From a virus (Duplodnaviria; Caudoviricetes): a DNA stretch of 64,000 nucleotides. The notes under the pieces were generated by a model. The model was not told the DNA's origin, searched no databases, and was given only the letters and a program-made list of their open reading frames with translations. The stretch lies in the IMG/VR virus record IMGVR_UViG_2847593706_000001, positions 1 to 64,000 of that record; one strand, 5' to 3'. The stretch's first letter is position 1. The number at the start of each line of letters is the position of its first letter. The position numbers and the translations under genes are program-made. Below, piece after piece: positions 1-9,173 of the stretch.

Positions 1-2160
1 TTAAATTTCTATTGGCAACCAAATTTTAAACTGGGCTCCTTTTAGTTTAGAATCTCTACCAACCTCTATGGTTCCTTTCATTTCATCAACTATTGACTTT
101 ACGATAGTTAATCCAAGTCCTGTCCCATTGTGTTTCTTATCACCTGATATTTTAGTACTAAATAAAGGCTCAAAAATTCTCCCTTCATATTCTTTAGGTA
201 TTCCCTTTCCTGTATCACTTACTGTTATCCTATATCCAGCAATTTTATTAAATACTACTTTCTCTAAATTAACTCTTATTTTTCTTTTTACGTCCTGATT
301 TACACAAAATGTATATGCGTTGGTAACTAAATTAATAATTATAGACTCTATATCCATAGTGTAAGTTGTAGCATATAATTCTTCAAACTCTCTAATTAGT
401 TGTATTGATTTTGCTTCTAAAGCTGGCTCTATCAAATCTAAAGATTCGTTTAAAATTTTGGAGATTTTTCTTTTTCTTTTTCCTCTCTTCTCTCTTTCAA
501 CTCGAGATAAAGCAAATTCTCCCCATCCAGAAATTAATTTTGATTGTTCATAAGCCTTATCTAATTGTTGTTTAGTAATTTCAGGATCTGTATCAAAATA
601 TTCTTTTGCATTTCGTAAATGTAGTTTGAAATTACTAACTGCAGTTTCTGTTTCATGCCCAAATACAGCAGAAGAAATACCTAATGTAGCTAGAGCATTT
701 AACACTCTTTTCTCATCAAACAGTTTTTCAAATGTTTCTTCTGTTTCTATTATTGCAGAATCTAAAGTTTCTATAGATTTTGTAAGTGATGTTTTACTTG
801 TTTCATCAAGATTTACAACCTTTTTTTCAATATTTCTTAATTCAGATTTAACTTGCTTTAATTCTTTTGTGATATGTTCAATACTTTCATTTTTTGTTGT
901 AGAATTTTTCTTTGATTCTTTTTTTTGAGTATTTATAATATTTACTCTATGTGATTCTAATAATATTACAGTCCCTAACACAATATTTTGTAGTTCTTTA
1001 AAAGCTGCATTTTCAACTAAACCTTCTCTATTGGAACTGTCTTTAATATTTTCATTCTCATCTCTTTTTATAAAAATTCCACCAACTAACTGATTAGGTG
1101 AAACTTTATATGTGTCTCTACTAACCCCTGCTGGATCTCTTGCTTTTCTTTCTGCTAATCCTAACCAATCATATCCAAGTGAACTATTTACAAACCCATA
1201 TGGTTTTACAACAATATCATCTCTATAAATTTTTATCCCAGAATTATTATTTAAAAAATCTCTCAGATCTGTCAGTTTAAAACCTGAACCAGATAGTAAT
1301 GAACTTTTCTGAATATATAAAGAAATTGTTAGAAAAAATGGACCACAATCAATAGTTTTTGTTTCACTATTAGAATTTACTAATTGGAAAATTTCATTAA
1401 TTTCCATAATTTTAGTGGTAGGCTTTTTAAAATACTTATCTTTTATCGTGAAAAGTAATTTATTTCCATCATAAACACAGTCTATATCTATTTCAGAAAA
1501 TTTATTTATTGTTGAAGATACTTTTTTAGAAAAGCTTTGGTCGTAATCATTTTTTAAATCAATTTCAAAATCAATTTTTTTATTTTCAAGAGGAGTAACA
1601 AAATACGATAGTTCATCATACAGCTCTTCTATTGAAGAAGAATCCCATTGTTCTCTTAATTCTGTAATTATTATTTCTGTACCTGATATTTCTTTATCTG
1701 CTCTTTTGGGAACAGTTAGTATTGGGTTGTCAATTTCTTCAATTTCAATATTCTCAATAGGTGTTTTTTCAACATCAAATTGCTCCCAATTAATTTTTAA
1801 TCCTTGAATATTGTCTTTTTTTGATTTAGTTTTTATTTCGACTATTTTACCTAATCTGTCAGTCGCAATTCTACCTATACCTTTTTCACCTGTTTTTCTT
1901 CTACCTTTCTCACTTTGTTTTGATGCTCTTTTTTCTGAAAAACCAATTATCAACCAGTTGTCATTAATTTCTTGTTCAGACATACCAAATCCATTATCAG
2001 CTATTCTGATGTAATCTTTCTTAATTTCGACTTCTACTTTGGTTGCATCTGCATCATAAGAGTTTTTTATTAACTCTATTAAAGCTGTAGTATGGTTTTT
2101 AATACTATCTCTGCCTAATTGTAAAATTAATCTAGCATCTATGGAAAAATTTTTACTCAT
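1..2160 (-). CDS. MORC-type GHKL ATPase fused to a C-terminal histidine kinase
   Basis: N-terminal ELIKNSYDADA / DNGFGM / GEKGIGR; C-terminal FGHE, NLVTNA, DTGKGI, FEPLFSTK, GTGLGL. ATG at 2160 (MSKNFS) preferred over the TTG at 2178. Confidence 0.85.
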   Translation of the reverse strand: MSKNFSIDARLILQLGRDSIKNHTTALIELIKNSYDADATKVEVEIKKDYIRIADNGFGMSEQEINDNWLIIGFSEKRASKQSEKGRRKTGEKGIGRIATDRLGKIVEIKTKSKKDNIQGLKINWEQFDVEKTPIENIEIEEIDNPILTVPKRADKEISGTEIIITELREQWDSSSIEELYDELSYFVTPLENKKIDFEIDLKNDYDQSFSKKVSSTINKFSEIDIDCVYDGNKLLFTIKDKYFKKPTTKIMEINEIFQLVNSNSETKTIDCGPFFLTISLYIQKSSLLSGSGFKLTDLRDFLNNNSGIKIYRDDIVVKPYGFVNSSLGYDWLGLAERKARDPAGVSRDTYKVSPNQLVGGIFIKRDENENIKDSSNREGLVENAAFKELQNIVLGTVILLESHRVNIINTQKKESKKNSTTKNESIEHITKELKQVKSELRNIEKKVVNLDETSKTSLTKSIETLDSAIIETEETFEKLFDEKRVLNALATLGISSAVFGHETETAVSNFKLHLRNAKEYFDTDPEITKQQLDKAYEQSKLISGWGEFALSRVEREKRGKRKRKISKILNESLDLIEPALEAKSIQLIREFEELYATTYTMDIESIIINLVTNAYTFCVNQDVKRKIRVNLEKVVFNKIAGYRITVSDTGKGIPKEYEGRIFEPLFSTKISGDKKHNGTGLGLTIVKSIVDEMKGTIEVGRDSKLKGAQFKIWLPIEI

Positions 2161-2409
2161 CTTAAATAATATTAACAAATATAACCAATAAAAGTTGGTT
2201 TACTAAAATTATAAAATTCTACTAAACTTATGAACTACTAATCTTTATTTATTAATAGACAATTAACTCATATTTTAGACGTGAATTGCATTTTAAAAAT
2301 AAATAAGAACTCATAAAATGCCATAATTATTTAGACACTAATTAATATTTCTTCTACCTCTCATTTTGTGGTGTGATTAGTTACTTGTATCTTAAGCTAA
2401 AATTTTATT

Positions 2410-2700
2410 ATGAATGAATTAGAGATTTCTCTTCAGCAAAAAACAGCTGAAGTAATGGAAAGAAAAAAAACTCAAGGATATGGAAGTTTTTCAGAAGAGG
2501 ACATTTTCAGGGATGTATTTTTAGAAAAATTTGTGGATATAATAGTAATTAAGAGAGATTCTCCTAGTCAAGATATCAGCGAAGCACTTGAAGCTTGTGT
2601 GTATGCAGAAGCAAGAAGTAAGGGTTATTCTCCTGAATCTGCTGTTGAAGAAACTGCAAAATTTATGGAACAAGAAAAATTAAAAAATAGTAATCCTTGA
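2410..2700 (+). CDS. Hypothetical protein (96 aa)
   Basis: ATG ORF followed by a hairpin; no family recognised. Confidence 0.6.
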   Translation: MNELEISLQQKTAEVMERKKTQGYGSFSEEDIFRDVFLEKFVDIIVIKRDSPSQDISEALEACVYAEARSKGYSPESAVEETAKFMEQEKLKNSNP

Positions 2701-2771
2701 TAAATCAATAGTTAAATTTGCAGACTTTTACTTTTCAGTTAGGTTTAAGGTTTTACTTCTCAAAAAAATAG

Positions 2772-2803
2772 AAAGGACTTTCTCAAAATTAAAAAAGTCC
2801 TTT
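2772..2803. terminator. Probable bidirectional intrinsic terminator
   Basis: AAAGGACTTT...AAAGTCCTTT inverted repeat between convergent ORFs. Confidence 0.6.
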
Positions 2804-2821
2804 CTTATTTTAGTGTCTAGA

Positions 2822-3349
2822 TTACTTCCATTCTTCCTCTGAGATGGTTATTCCAGTTCTTGCGAAATAACCATCAAAAATAAATGACCTGTTCACTATT
2901 TCACTGAATTTTTTTATTAAGTCATGATATTGTCTAGGAACTGAAACATTCCCATGCTCATCATAATCTGGGAATGGTATTTCACATCTGCCACCATCCA
3001 CTATACAATAAGCAACTCTGAAAACAAGGGCGTTATTATAGAAAAAATCCAAATAGCTTGACCTGCCTGGGCTTGGGTCTGGATTATTTGTAGCCCAAGG
3101 TCTATCAACACCTTCATTTTTATCTCCCACCTGTATACCCCAAGCTATAGTTATCGACAAATTTGGCATATATGAAGCCATACTACTATGCTCTTTATGT
3201 TCTAGCACATAGTTCTCTCCTTGATATACTTCTGAAAAACTGAATTGGTCTCTGTAAGATGGACCACTCCCATATCCCCACGAACTCATTGTGTTCCATT
3301 CTTCCTTGTCAGAATTGATAAAAGTTTCTAATAACTCGTCAAATGTCAT
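2822..3349 (-). CDS. Hypothetical protein (175 aa)
   Basis: Long ATG ORF with globular composition. Confidence 0.75.
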   Translation of the reverse strand: MTFDELLETFINSDKEEWNTMSSWGYGSGPSYRDQFSFSEVYQGENYVLEHKEHSSMASYMPNLSITIAWGIQVGDKNEGVDRPWATNNPDPSPGRSSYLDFFYNNALVFRVAYCIVDGGRCEIPFPDYDEHGNVSVPRQYHDLIKKFSEIVNRSFIFDGYFARTGITISEEEWK

Positions 3350-3848
3350 AATAATTGTTTTTATTGGTTAATGTTTTTTATGCTTAATCTGAAGCATCTC
3401 AAATATAGCACTTTATAAATCATGAAAAATTTTTATTACTAAAAAATATTCAAGAGCAAATGCACTAGCATAATCCCCCACTTGGCTTTTAATTTGGGAA
3501 ATCCCCCTCCCCACTTTACAAGAACTTGCAATTTTCACAGGTCTATATTAGATATGTGAACAATTGCAACTTCAATTTTAGTTCTTTACTTGTGACAGCA
3601 CTGGATCACCTTGTGAATGTACTTTCACTGCACCTGCCTATACTGATTTCTATTCATCTCACCTCAACACTGAACCTGGAGCAGTTAAAGTAGAGTATCA
3701 ATCTTTCTTTTACAATGCAACACTCCTGAATAACCCTCACTTGTGGGGAAATAACATACATTAAGCCTTTAAACCCAGTTAATAGTGGTGGTGTAAAGGT
3801 TTGTGTCTTGTTTCAATAATTAACAATTAACTCAAAATCAAAAAGACT

Positions 3849-4220
3849 ATGGTAACGATTACGAATTACACCAAAAGAAAAAGAGAAGATGGCACAGCCT
3901 TTTGTGTCCTTGAAATTAACAGTGGTATTGAACTTATACAAAGTCAGACCACAGGTCAGTATTATGCAACAGCAAAGAAATGCTATATACCTGCAACATT
4001 TGATGAAGCTGTATGTAGAAGTCTTCGAGGTACTATGATGAAAGGTGATATTATCAAGATTGAATGTGAACCTTATCAGTATACTATCAAAGAGACTGGA
4101 GAACTTATCACCCTGAATCACAGGTATGAGTACACACCTGATGAAAGTTCACAACTAGCACACAATAACTATTTAGAGAATTACACAGCTCCAGGTAACC
4201 TTGTGAGTACTATCCAGTAA
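3849..4220 (+). CDS. Conserved-looking island protein, possibly OB-fold/ssDNA-binding
   Basis: Beta-rich 123-aa ORF (SQTTGQYYATAKKC, CEPYQYT); function is inference. Confidence 0.65.
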   Translation: MVTITNYTKRKREDGTAFCVLEINSGIELIQSQTTGQYYATAKKCYIPATFDEAVCRSLRGTMMKGDIIKIECEPYQYTIKETGELITLNHRYEYTPDESSQLAHNNYLENYTAPGNLVSTIQ

Positions 4221-4562
4221 AAATCCAATAAGTCCTAATTTTTGTAAAATGTATGTATACAAAAACAAAAAGTGGGACTTATTTAGGACAAAATTTACCT
4301 GGAACCTATAAAGAAAGGGAGTAAATTTTGTCCTTTTCTTTTACTCTATTTTTTCCTGTTTACTGATGTTTACCTTTACATCTGCCCAGGTAACTTTGAC
4401 TTTAAAAGTAATTAATGACTGGGTAAGATTTTATTAAATAGCTGAAGTTTCCATTTATACCAAACTCATTGAGCATACTATAAGAAGAATCCAGGTAACC
4501 TCTTATTGGAAGATTACACTAACTTTTGGTTTGCTGTAGAGAGATAAGGTTAAAGATGGGAA

Positions 4563-4784
4563 TTATTCTATCACATTTGTGATTTCAGAGAGTTTCACCT
4601 CTAGGCTGATAGAAATCTTGTATAAAGTAAAACTACTTGGACAGGTTTTACCTGTTTCAATCCTGTTCATATTAGACTTCTCAAAATTGCATAGTAAAGC
4701 TAGTTCAGCCTGAGACATATTTTTCTCTTCTCTTAGCTGTCTTATCCTTTTACCTAAAGCTATTTGAAAGTTTATTTTCTCCAT
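4563..4784 (-). CDS. XRE-family HTH transcriptional regulator
   Basis: LGKRIRQLREEKNMSQAELA...MNRIETGK is a typical HTH_3 pattern. Confidence 0.9.
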   Translation of the reverse strand: MEKINFQIALGKRIRQLREEKNMSQAELALLCNFEKSNMNRIETGKTCPSSFTLYKISISLEVKLSEITNVIE

Positions 4785-4812
4785 TAATAAAAATTACTGA
4801 CTTCAAAAGTGG

Positions 4813-4862
4813 TCAAAAATGATAATATTTTCATTATCATTTTTGATAATTTAATATATTTG
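4813..4862. promoter_or_regulatory. Operator palindrome plus Bacteroidota -7 box between divergent genes
   Basis: TCAAAAATGATAAT-N6-ATTATCATTTTTGA (4813-4846) and TATATTTG (4855-4862; consensus TAnnTTTG). Confidence 0.6.
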
Positions 4863-4884
4863 TTAAATCTAAATTTTTATAGAA

Positions 4885-5328
4885 ATGAAAAAAATCTATT
4901 TGTTATTTATTCTATTTTTCTTCACTATTGGTTATTCACAATCCTCAGAAGAGGTGTTTAATAAGTTTGTTAATTCAGGAGGAATTGTATGTTTTTACAC
5001 AAAAAAAGAAAACTCACCCATCCAAAAAGAAGTAAATATGTTTGTATTTTGGGAAGAAAAGCAAGAGGTTTTAAAAGTCTTGGATAATAATTTTGCTGAG
5101 TATCCTGCAAAATTAGACAGAACTTATATTGAGCAAGGTCTATATATAAAAGAATATATACCATCAAATCTTCTTAATAACCCTGTTAAAAGGATATTTA
5201 AATTTTGCTACAAAGAAGATAGTAAAGAGCCAATAGTTGTAGTAGAAATTACCTATACCTCCAAAAATAACTACACAATTACAAAATATTTCACCTCAGA
5301 ATGGGCAAGGTTAACCAACTATAATTAA
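4885..5328 (+). CDS. Secreted hypothetical protein
   Basis: Signal peptide MKKIYLLFILFFFTIGYS-Q. Confidence 0.75.
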   Translation: MKKIYLLFILFFFTIGYSQSSEEVFNKFVNSGGIVCFYTKKENSPIQKEVNMFVFWEEKQEVLKVLDNNFAEYPAKLDRTYIEQGLYIKEYIPSNLLNNPVKRIFKFCYKEDSKEPIVVVEITYTSKNNYTITKYFTSEWARLTNYN

Positions 5329-5387
5329 ACATTGTACAACTTAGCTGTAAAAGTCAATTTTTCGAATATTCAAAATGAAAAATAATC

Positions 5388-5684
5388 TTGTTTAACATGA
5401 AACTAAAATCACTACTAATCACAATCACATTTGTACTGGGAATACTGTTAGCAGTCTTTGGAATTAAATTCTACCAAGAATCAAATATCGAAGGATATAA
5501 CCTTGTCAACTATCCTGTACAGATAGTTCTACCAGAAGACTACAAAGAAATAACTCCTAAAAGTAATATTCTAGGATATTACAACAAGAGACAGAACAAA
5601 CTCTACATTGCATTTACTGATGATAAAGAAGATAGTCCAATCAATAAGAACGTAGATTCAACTAGCATTGCAGACCAGAAGTAA
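5388..5684 (+). CDS. Membrane-anchored hypothetical protein
   Basis: N-terminal hydrophobic helix; TAATG coupling to the next ORF. Confidence 0.6.
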   Translation: MFNMKLKSLLITITFVLGILLAVFGIKFYQESNIEGYNLVNYPVQIVLPEDYKEITPKSNILGYYNKRQNKLYIAFTDDKEDSPINKNVDSTSIADQK

Positions 5685-6082
5685 TGGTGTTAGAGGTTAT
5701 TCACTATTACACAGTTCCAAGTAATATTGACATTGATAAAGGTCTTAAACAGGGTATGTTCATCATAGTTACAACTTCTACATTTTTTTTGAGTAATTGT
5801 GTAATAGCCTGGCAACTTAATAATGGTAAGCTGTATATCTGTGAGATATACAGTAAGCATGATAAAACTTATGAGAAATCTTATGTAAACCAGATTCTTG
5901 AAGATGATAATAAGGTCTTTCATGATTGGATAAACTGTGAAATATTAGCTCCAGGTTATCTAATTCCAGGTAATACCAAAGTTGATGGTTATTTCTCAAT
6001 TAAAATCAAAAATGGATGCGTAGAAGATGTGAAGTTCAAGACAATTCTTGAAGAATATAATCAGCAGAATATGCCCTTGTAA
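5684..6082 (+). CDS. Hypothetical protein (132 aa)
   Basis: Coupled ORF followed by a hairpin at about 6092-6117. Confidence 0.55.
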   Translation: MVLEVIHYYTVPSNIDIDKGLKQGMFIIVTTSTFFLSNCVIAWQLNNGKLYICEIYSKHDKTYEKSYVNQILEDDNKVFHDWINCEILAPGYLIPGNTKVDGYFSIKIKNGCVEDVKFKTILEEYNQQNMPL

Positions 6083-6135
6083 GCAATAATACAGCCATCT
6101 GGATTAGAGGTGGCTTTTAACAATTAACAATTAAA

Positions 6136-6531
6136 ATGATAAATGACATATATGAGCACTTAAAATTCAGATTGGATGATGAACACCAAGATTTTGAGTT
6201 TGAAATCATATCTGTACCTCCTTATGAGTTCATAGAAAACAATTTATCTCTCGTCTCTTATGAGTACTTTGGAGAAATAAACGAAATACTGGGTTCAAAG
6301 GTAAAACAGGTATTATTGTACTTCAATGCTGACAGGCTCATGAGAGTAGAACTAAAGTATAAAGAAAACAAGGTTGAGAGTCTTAAAAATAAATTAGAAG
6401 AATTTACAGTCTCTTTTCCCAGTTCTGTAACTCTGAAACTTTATTATCAGCAAGAGGATAACTTGACTATTCTGATGTATCAGAAAGAGGTTTTAAACAG
6501 GTTTTACGATTTTGGAGTTAAAAAAGCATAA
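6136..6531 (+). CDS. Hypothetical protein (131 aa)
   Basis: ATG ORF with A-rich leader, upstream of radC. Confidence 0.7.
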   Translation: MINDIYEHLKFRLDDEHQDFEFEIISVPPYEFIENNLSLVSYEYFGEINEILGSKVKQVLLYFNADRLMRVELKYKENKVESLKNKLEEFTVSFPSSVTLKLYYQQEDNLTILMYQKEVLNRFYDFGVKKA

Positions 6532-6574
6532 TACAAGCTGTGTGCCCCCCACACATACTTCAAAAAAATTAAAA

Positions 6575-7021
6575 ATGAATACAGAAACAAAAGTATCAGA
6601 GATACAGGTAATATATCATCCTTGTAAAATGTATGAAGCTACTCTTACTACGAGCAGTGATGTAATAGCAATTCTAAGGACAGTGTGGGATGAAGGGAGA
6701 ATAGAAATGCAGGAAGAAGTAAAAGTTCTTCTTGTAAATTCATCAAATGCAGTGATTGGAGTCTACAACTTGTCTAAAGGTGGAATTACAGCAAGTTTAG
6801 TAGATATCAGATTGATTTTATCTGTAGCTTTAAAATGCCTAGCTACAGGGCTTATATTAGTTCATAACCATCCAAGTGGCAATCTTAACCCAAGTAGTGC
6901 TGACCTTTCAATAGTAAAGAAGCTTAAGACAGCTTGTAAATTACTTGACATTTCCCTCCTTGACAGTATTATTATCACAAAAGAAAGTTATACAAGTTTT
7001 AATGATGAAGGACTGTTGTAA
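6575..7021 (+). CDS. radC: RadC/JAB-domain protein
   Basis: JAB motif VHNHPSGNLNPSSAD and LLDSIII; likely start ATG 6575 (MNTETK). Confidence 0.9.
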   Translation: MNTETKVSEIQVIYHPCKMYEATLTTSSDVIAILRTVWDEGRIEMQEEVKVLLVNSSNAVIGVYNLSKGGITASLVDIRLILSVALKCLATGLILVHNHPSGNLNPSSADLSIVKKLKTACKLLDISLLDSIIITKESYTSFNDEGLL

Positions 7022-7067
7022 CAGTTGCAGTTCTTGCAGTTTCTGCAAATTGACTAAAAAATATCTG

Positions 7068-7088
7068 GGTGAAACATAGGTGAAACAT
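7068..7088 (+). repeat. Tandem GGTGAAACAT repeat, candidate integrase arm sites of island A
   Basis: Two copies (7068-7077, 7079-7088) about 115 bp before the att core. Confidence 0.5.
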
Positions 7089-7202
7089 TTTATCAGAATA
7101 ATACAAGATATTATAAAGAAATGAAAAATAAAAAATCTTTATTTTGTTGAAAATCAGAACAATGAAAAAGAATGAAATAAAATGTAAAGTAACTTTTTTC
7201 GT

Positions 7203-7245
7203 CTCATAATCAGGTGGTCCCTGGTTCGAGCCCAGGTGGGACCAC
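7203..7245 (+). repeat. Prophage left att core: 3' half of a CAU-anticodon tRNA (Ile2/Met)
   Basis: CTCATAATCAGGTGGTCCCTGGTTCGAGCCCAGGTGGGACCAC, identical at 52697-52739; anticodon loop, T-arm and acceptor 3' strand present, 5' half absent. Confidence 0.95.
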
Positions 7246-7319
7246 TACATGGGAAGCCGTTGCCACATTAGGCTTCCTGTGTTTTATACAGCTTTAACAT
7301 GAGTATAAAAAGTCTGAAA

Positions 7320-7341
7320 GGTAACTTTTCGGGTAACTTTT
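7320..7341 (+). repeat. Candidate integrase arm-type sites, left
   Basis: GGTAACTTTTCGGGTAACTTTT, repeated exactly at 52585-52606. Confidence 0.75.
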
Positions 7342-7348
7342 ATACATC

Positions 7349-8581
7349 ATGAAAAAAAATCTTTTAAACGGTTGTTCAAGAACCGGTGTTTTTATTAGTC
7401 CAGCGGGCTATAAAAAATTCACAAACAAATCAAAATTTCCTCGACAATGGAGAGTGAAGTGTATATTTCATGACCCTACACAAGTTGATAGATATCCAAA
7501 TGGATTTCAATTTGTGAAGAAATTTTCAAGTGATGATCTTTCCTTCTTGAAAGAAGAAGCAGAACTTCAGAAAGACATCATGGAAGACATGTTAGATAAT
7601 AGGAACTATAATCCTATTACTCATAAATACATGACTTCAAAACTTCTTAAGCTACATCCAAAATTACCAATGATTGAAGCGCTTAAAATAGCTCATAAAA
7701 ACAAATCTATAAGATGGTCCATCGGCTATTCAAATGATGTTTTAAGGCTTATTAATGATATAGATGACATTCTTATTGAAGTTGGATTCATGAAACTATT
7801 AATAAGTGATGTGGAAACTTGGCACATTAAAACTATCCTTGATTATTTAAATTTAACTGATAGTGTTTTTAATCATTCACGGAGCCACTTGCAATCACTT
7901 TTTAAAGAACTTAAACAATATGGCTGTACAGGCAAAGAAAACCCGGTAAATGACGTTGAAAAAAGAGTAGAGGAGATAAAGATCAGGGAGGTGTTAACCA
8001 AACAGGATATGATCTGTGTCCATAAATATCTTCAAACAAAATGTTACACATTTTTCAGGTATGGGAAAATTTTCTTTTATGCTGCAGGCCGCTCAACTGA
8101 ATTTATGCAAATACAAAAGAAACATGTTGATTTGAATAATCAAGAATATAAGGTTTTGATTAAAAAGGGAAAACAATATACCTGGGAAAAAAAGATAATT
8201 TTAAGGGCTGCCATTCCTTATTGGAAGGAAATCTTATCACTATGTCAAGATGAAGAGGATTATCTGTTTTCTGCAGGATTGGTTCCAGGAGAAAAACCAA
8301 TAAACGCAAAACAAATTTCCAGACGATGGAAAAGACATGTAAAAGATTCAGATGACATAAAGGATGATGAAGGAAATATTTTGAAAGTAACAGCTGATTT
8401 TTATACTCACAAACATTTATTCCTTGACATACTTGATGAAATGAGCAATAATATACTTAAAGAGGTGGAAGCACCGGCAAAAAGAATGGCAAATCATGCC
8501 AAAGATGAGACAACAGGAATATATGCAACTGGTAGAATGAATAGGAAGAATAAAGATTTGAAGGAATTAATAATTTCTTAA
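7349..8581 (+). CDS. Prophage tyrosine integrase
   Basis: Adjacent to att; candidate catalytic residues in GRSTE, FYTHKH, ANH and TGIY. Confidence 0.85.
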   Translation: MKKNLLNGCSRTGVFISPAGYKKFTNKSKFPRQWRVKCIFHDPTQVDRYPNGFQFVKKFSSDDLSFLKEEAELQKDIMEDMLDNRNYNPITHKYMTSKLLKLHPKLPMIEALKIAHKNKSIRWSIGYSNDVLRLINDIDDILIEVGFMKLLISDVETWHIKTILDYLNLTDSVFNHSRSHLQSLFKELKQYGCTGKENPVNDVEKRVEEIKIREVLTKQDMICVHKYLQTKCYTFFRYGKIFFYAAGRSTEFMQIQKKHVDLNNQEYKVLIKKGKQYTWEKKIILRAAIPYWKEILSLCQDEEDYLFSAGLVPGEKPINAKQISRRWKRHVKDSDDIKDDEGNILKVTADFYTHKHLFLDILDEMSNNILKEVEAPAKRMANHAKDETTGIYATGRMNRKNKDLKELIIS

Positions 8582-8632
8582 TTTAAAAGTGTTTTGTGAA
8601 ATTTATTTTAATTCTAACCAAATTCCAACTAT

Positions 8633-8983
8633 CTATTTCTTGCTGTTAATAATACTTTGAGCCCAGCCGATTCCGGGACGCTCGTCATCCTTGTGTCTTT
8701 TTGATTCAGGTTTGGGCTTAATTGAAGTGGGGAAAATTATGTAATCAAGCCACAACTTAGCGAGCTTAATCTCATTAATTTCTTGTGTTTCGATTTCAAT
8801 TTTAAAATGCACAATAGATCTTACCACCACCACATGCCAATGAAGTAGTTTGAATCTATTGGGGGAAAGGAAAACATCTATCTCTGATTTTCTTTTGCCT
8901 TCTAAACGAATTCTCATTCTATCAGAATTGATACTAATAACTTCACCTTTAATTTCCATGCAGCAAAATTGATACAATTTCAA
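8633..8983 (-). CDS. Hypothetical protein (start may be the internal MEIKG)
   Basis: Beta-rich ORF convergent with the integrase. Confidence 0.55.
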   Translation of the reverse strand: MKLYQFCCMEIKGEVISINSDRMRIRLEGKRKSEIDVFLSPNRFKLLHWHVVVVRSIVHFKIEIETQEINEIKLAKLWLDYIIFPTSIKPKPESKRHKDDERPGIGWAQSIINSKK

Positions 8984-9133
8984 ACATTGTAAAAATAAAA
9001 ATTGATATAATTTGTAACAAATTTAATTTTTGTCCTTTTTATAATGAGTTGAAGCATTCTGTTCCCTAACATGTTGGAAATAAGTTAATTTTTCTATGGT
9101 TTTAAAATCATACAGAAATTAACCTAAATATGC

Positions 9134-9141
9134 TATATTTG
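9134..9141 (+). promoter_or_regulatory. Bacteroidota -7 promoter box of the acyltransferase moron
   Basis: TATATTTG about 30 nt before ATG 9174. Confidence 0.55.
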
Positions 9142-9173
9142 CCAATACACATGATAAAAATTTATTAAAAGCC

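Larger units (their letters stand above)
1..7202. mobile_element. Right-hand part of integrative genomic island A (left end outside the window)
   Basis: Ends at the tRNA 3'-fragment at 7203; carries radC, an XRE regulator and a defence-type GHKL kinase; tandem GGTGAAACAT repeats near its end; very few CG dinucleotides. Confidence 0.7.

Noticed and set aside
7203-7245. Intact host tRNA gene at either att copy
   Set aside because: No D-arm or acceptor 5' strand upstream of 7203 or 52697; both are 3' fragments.
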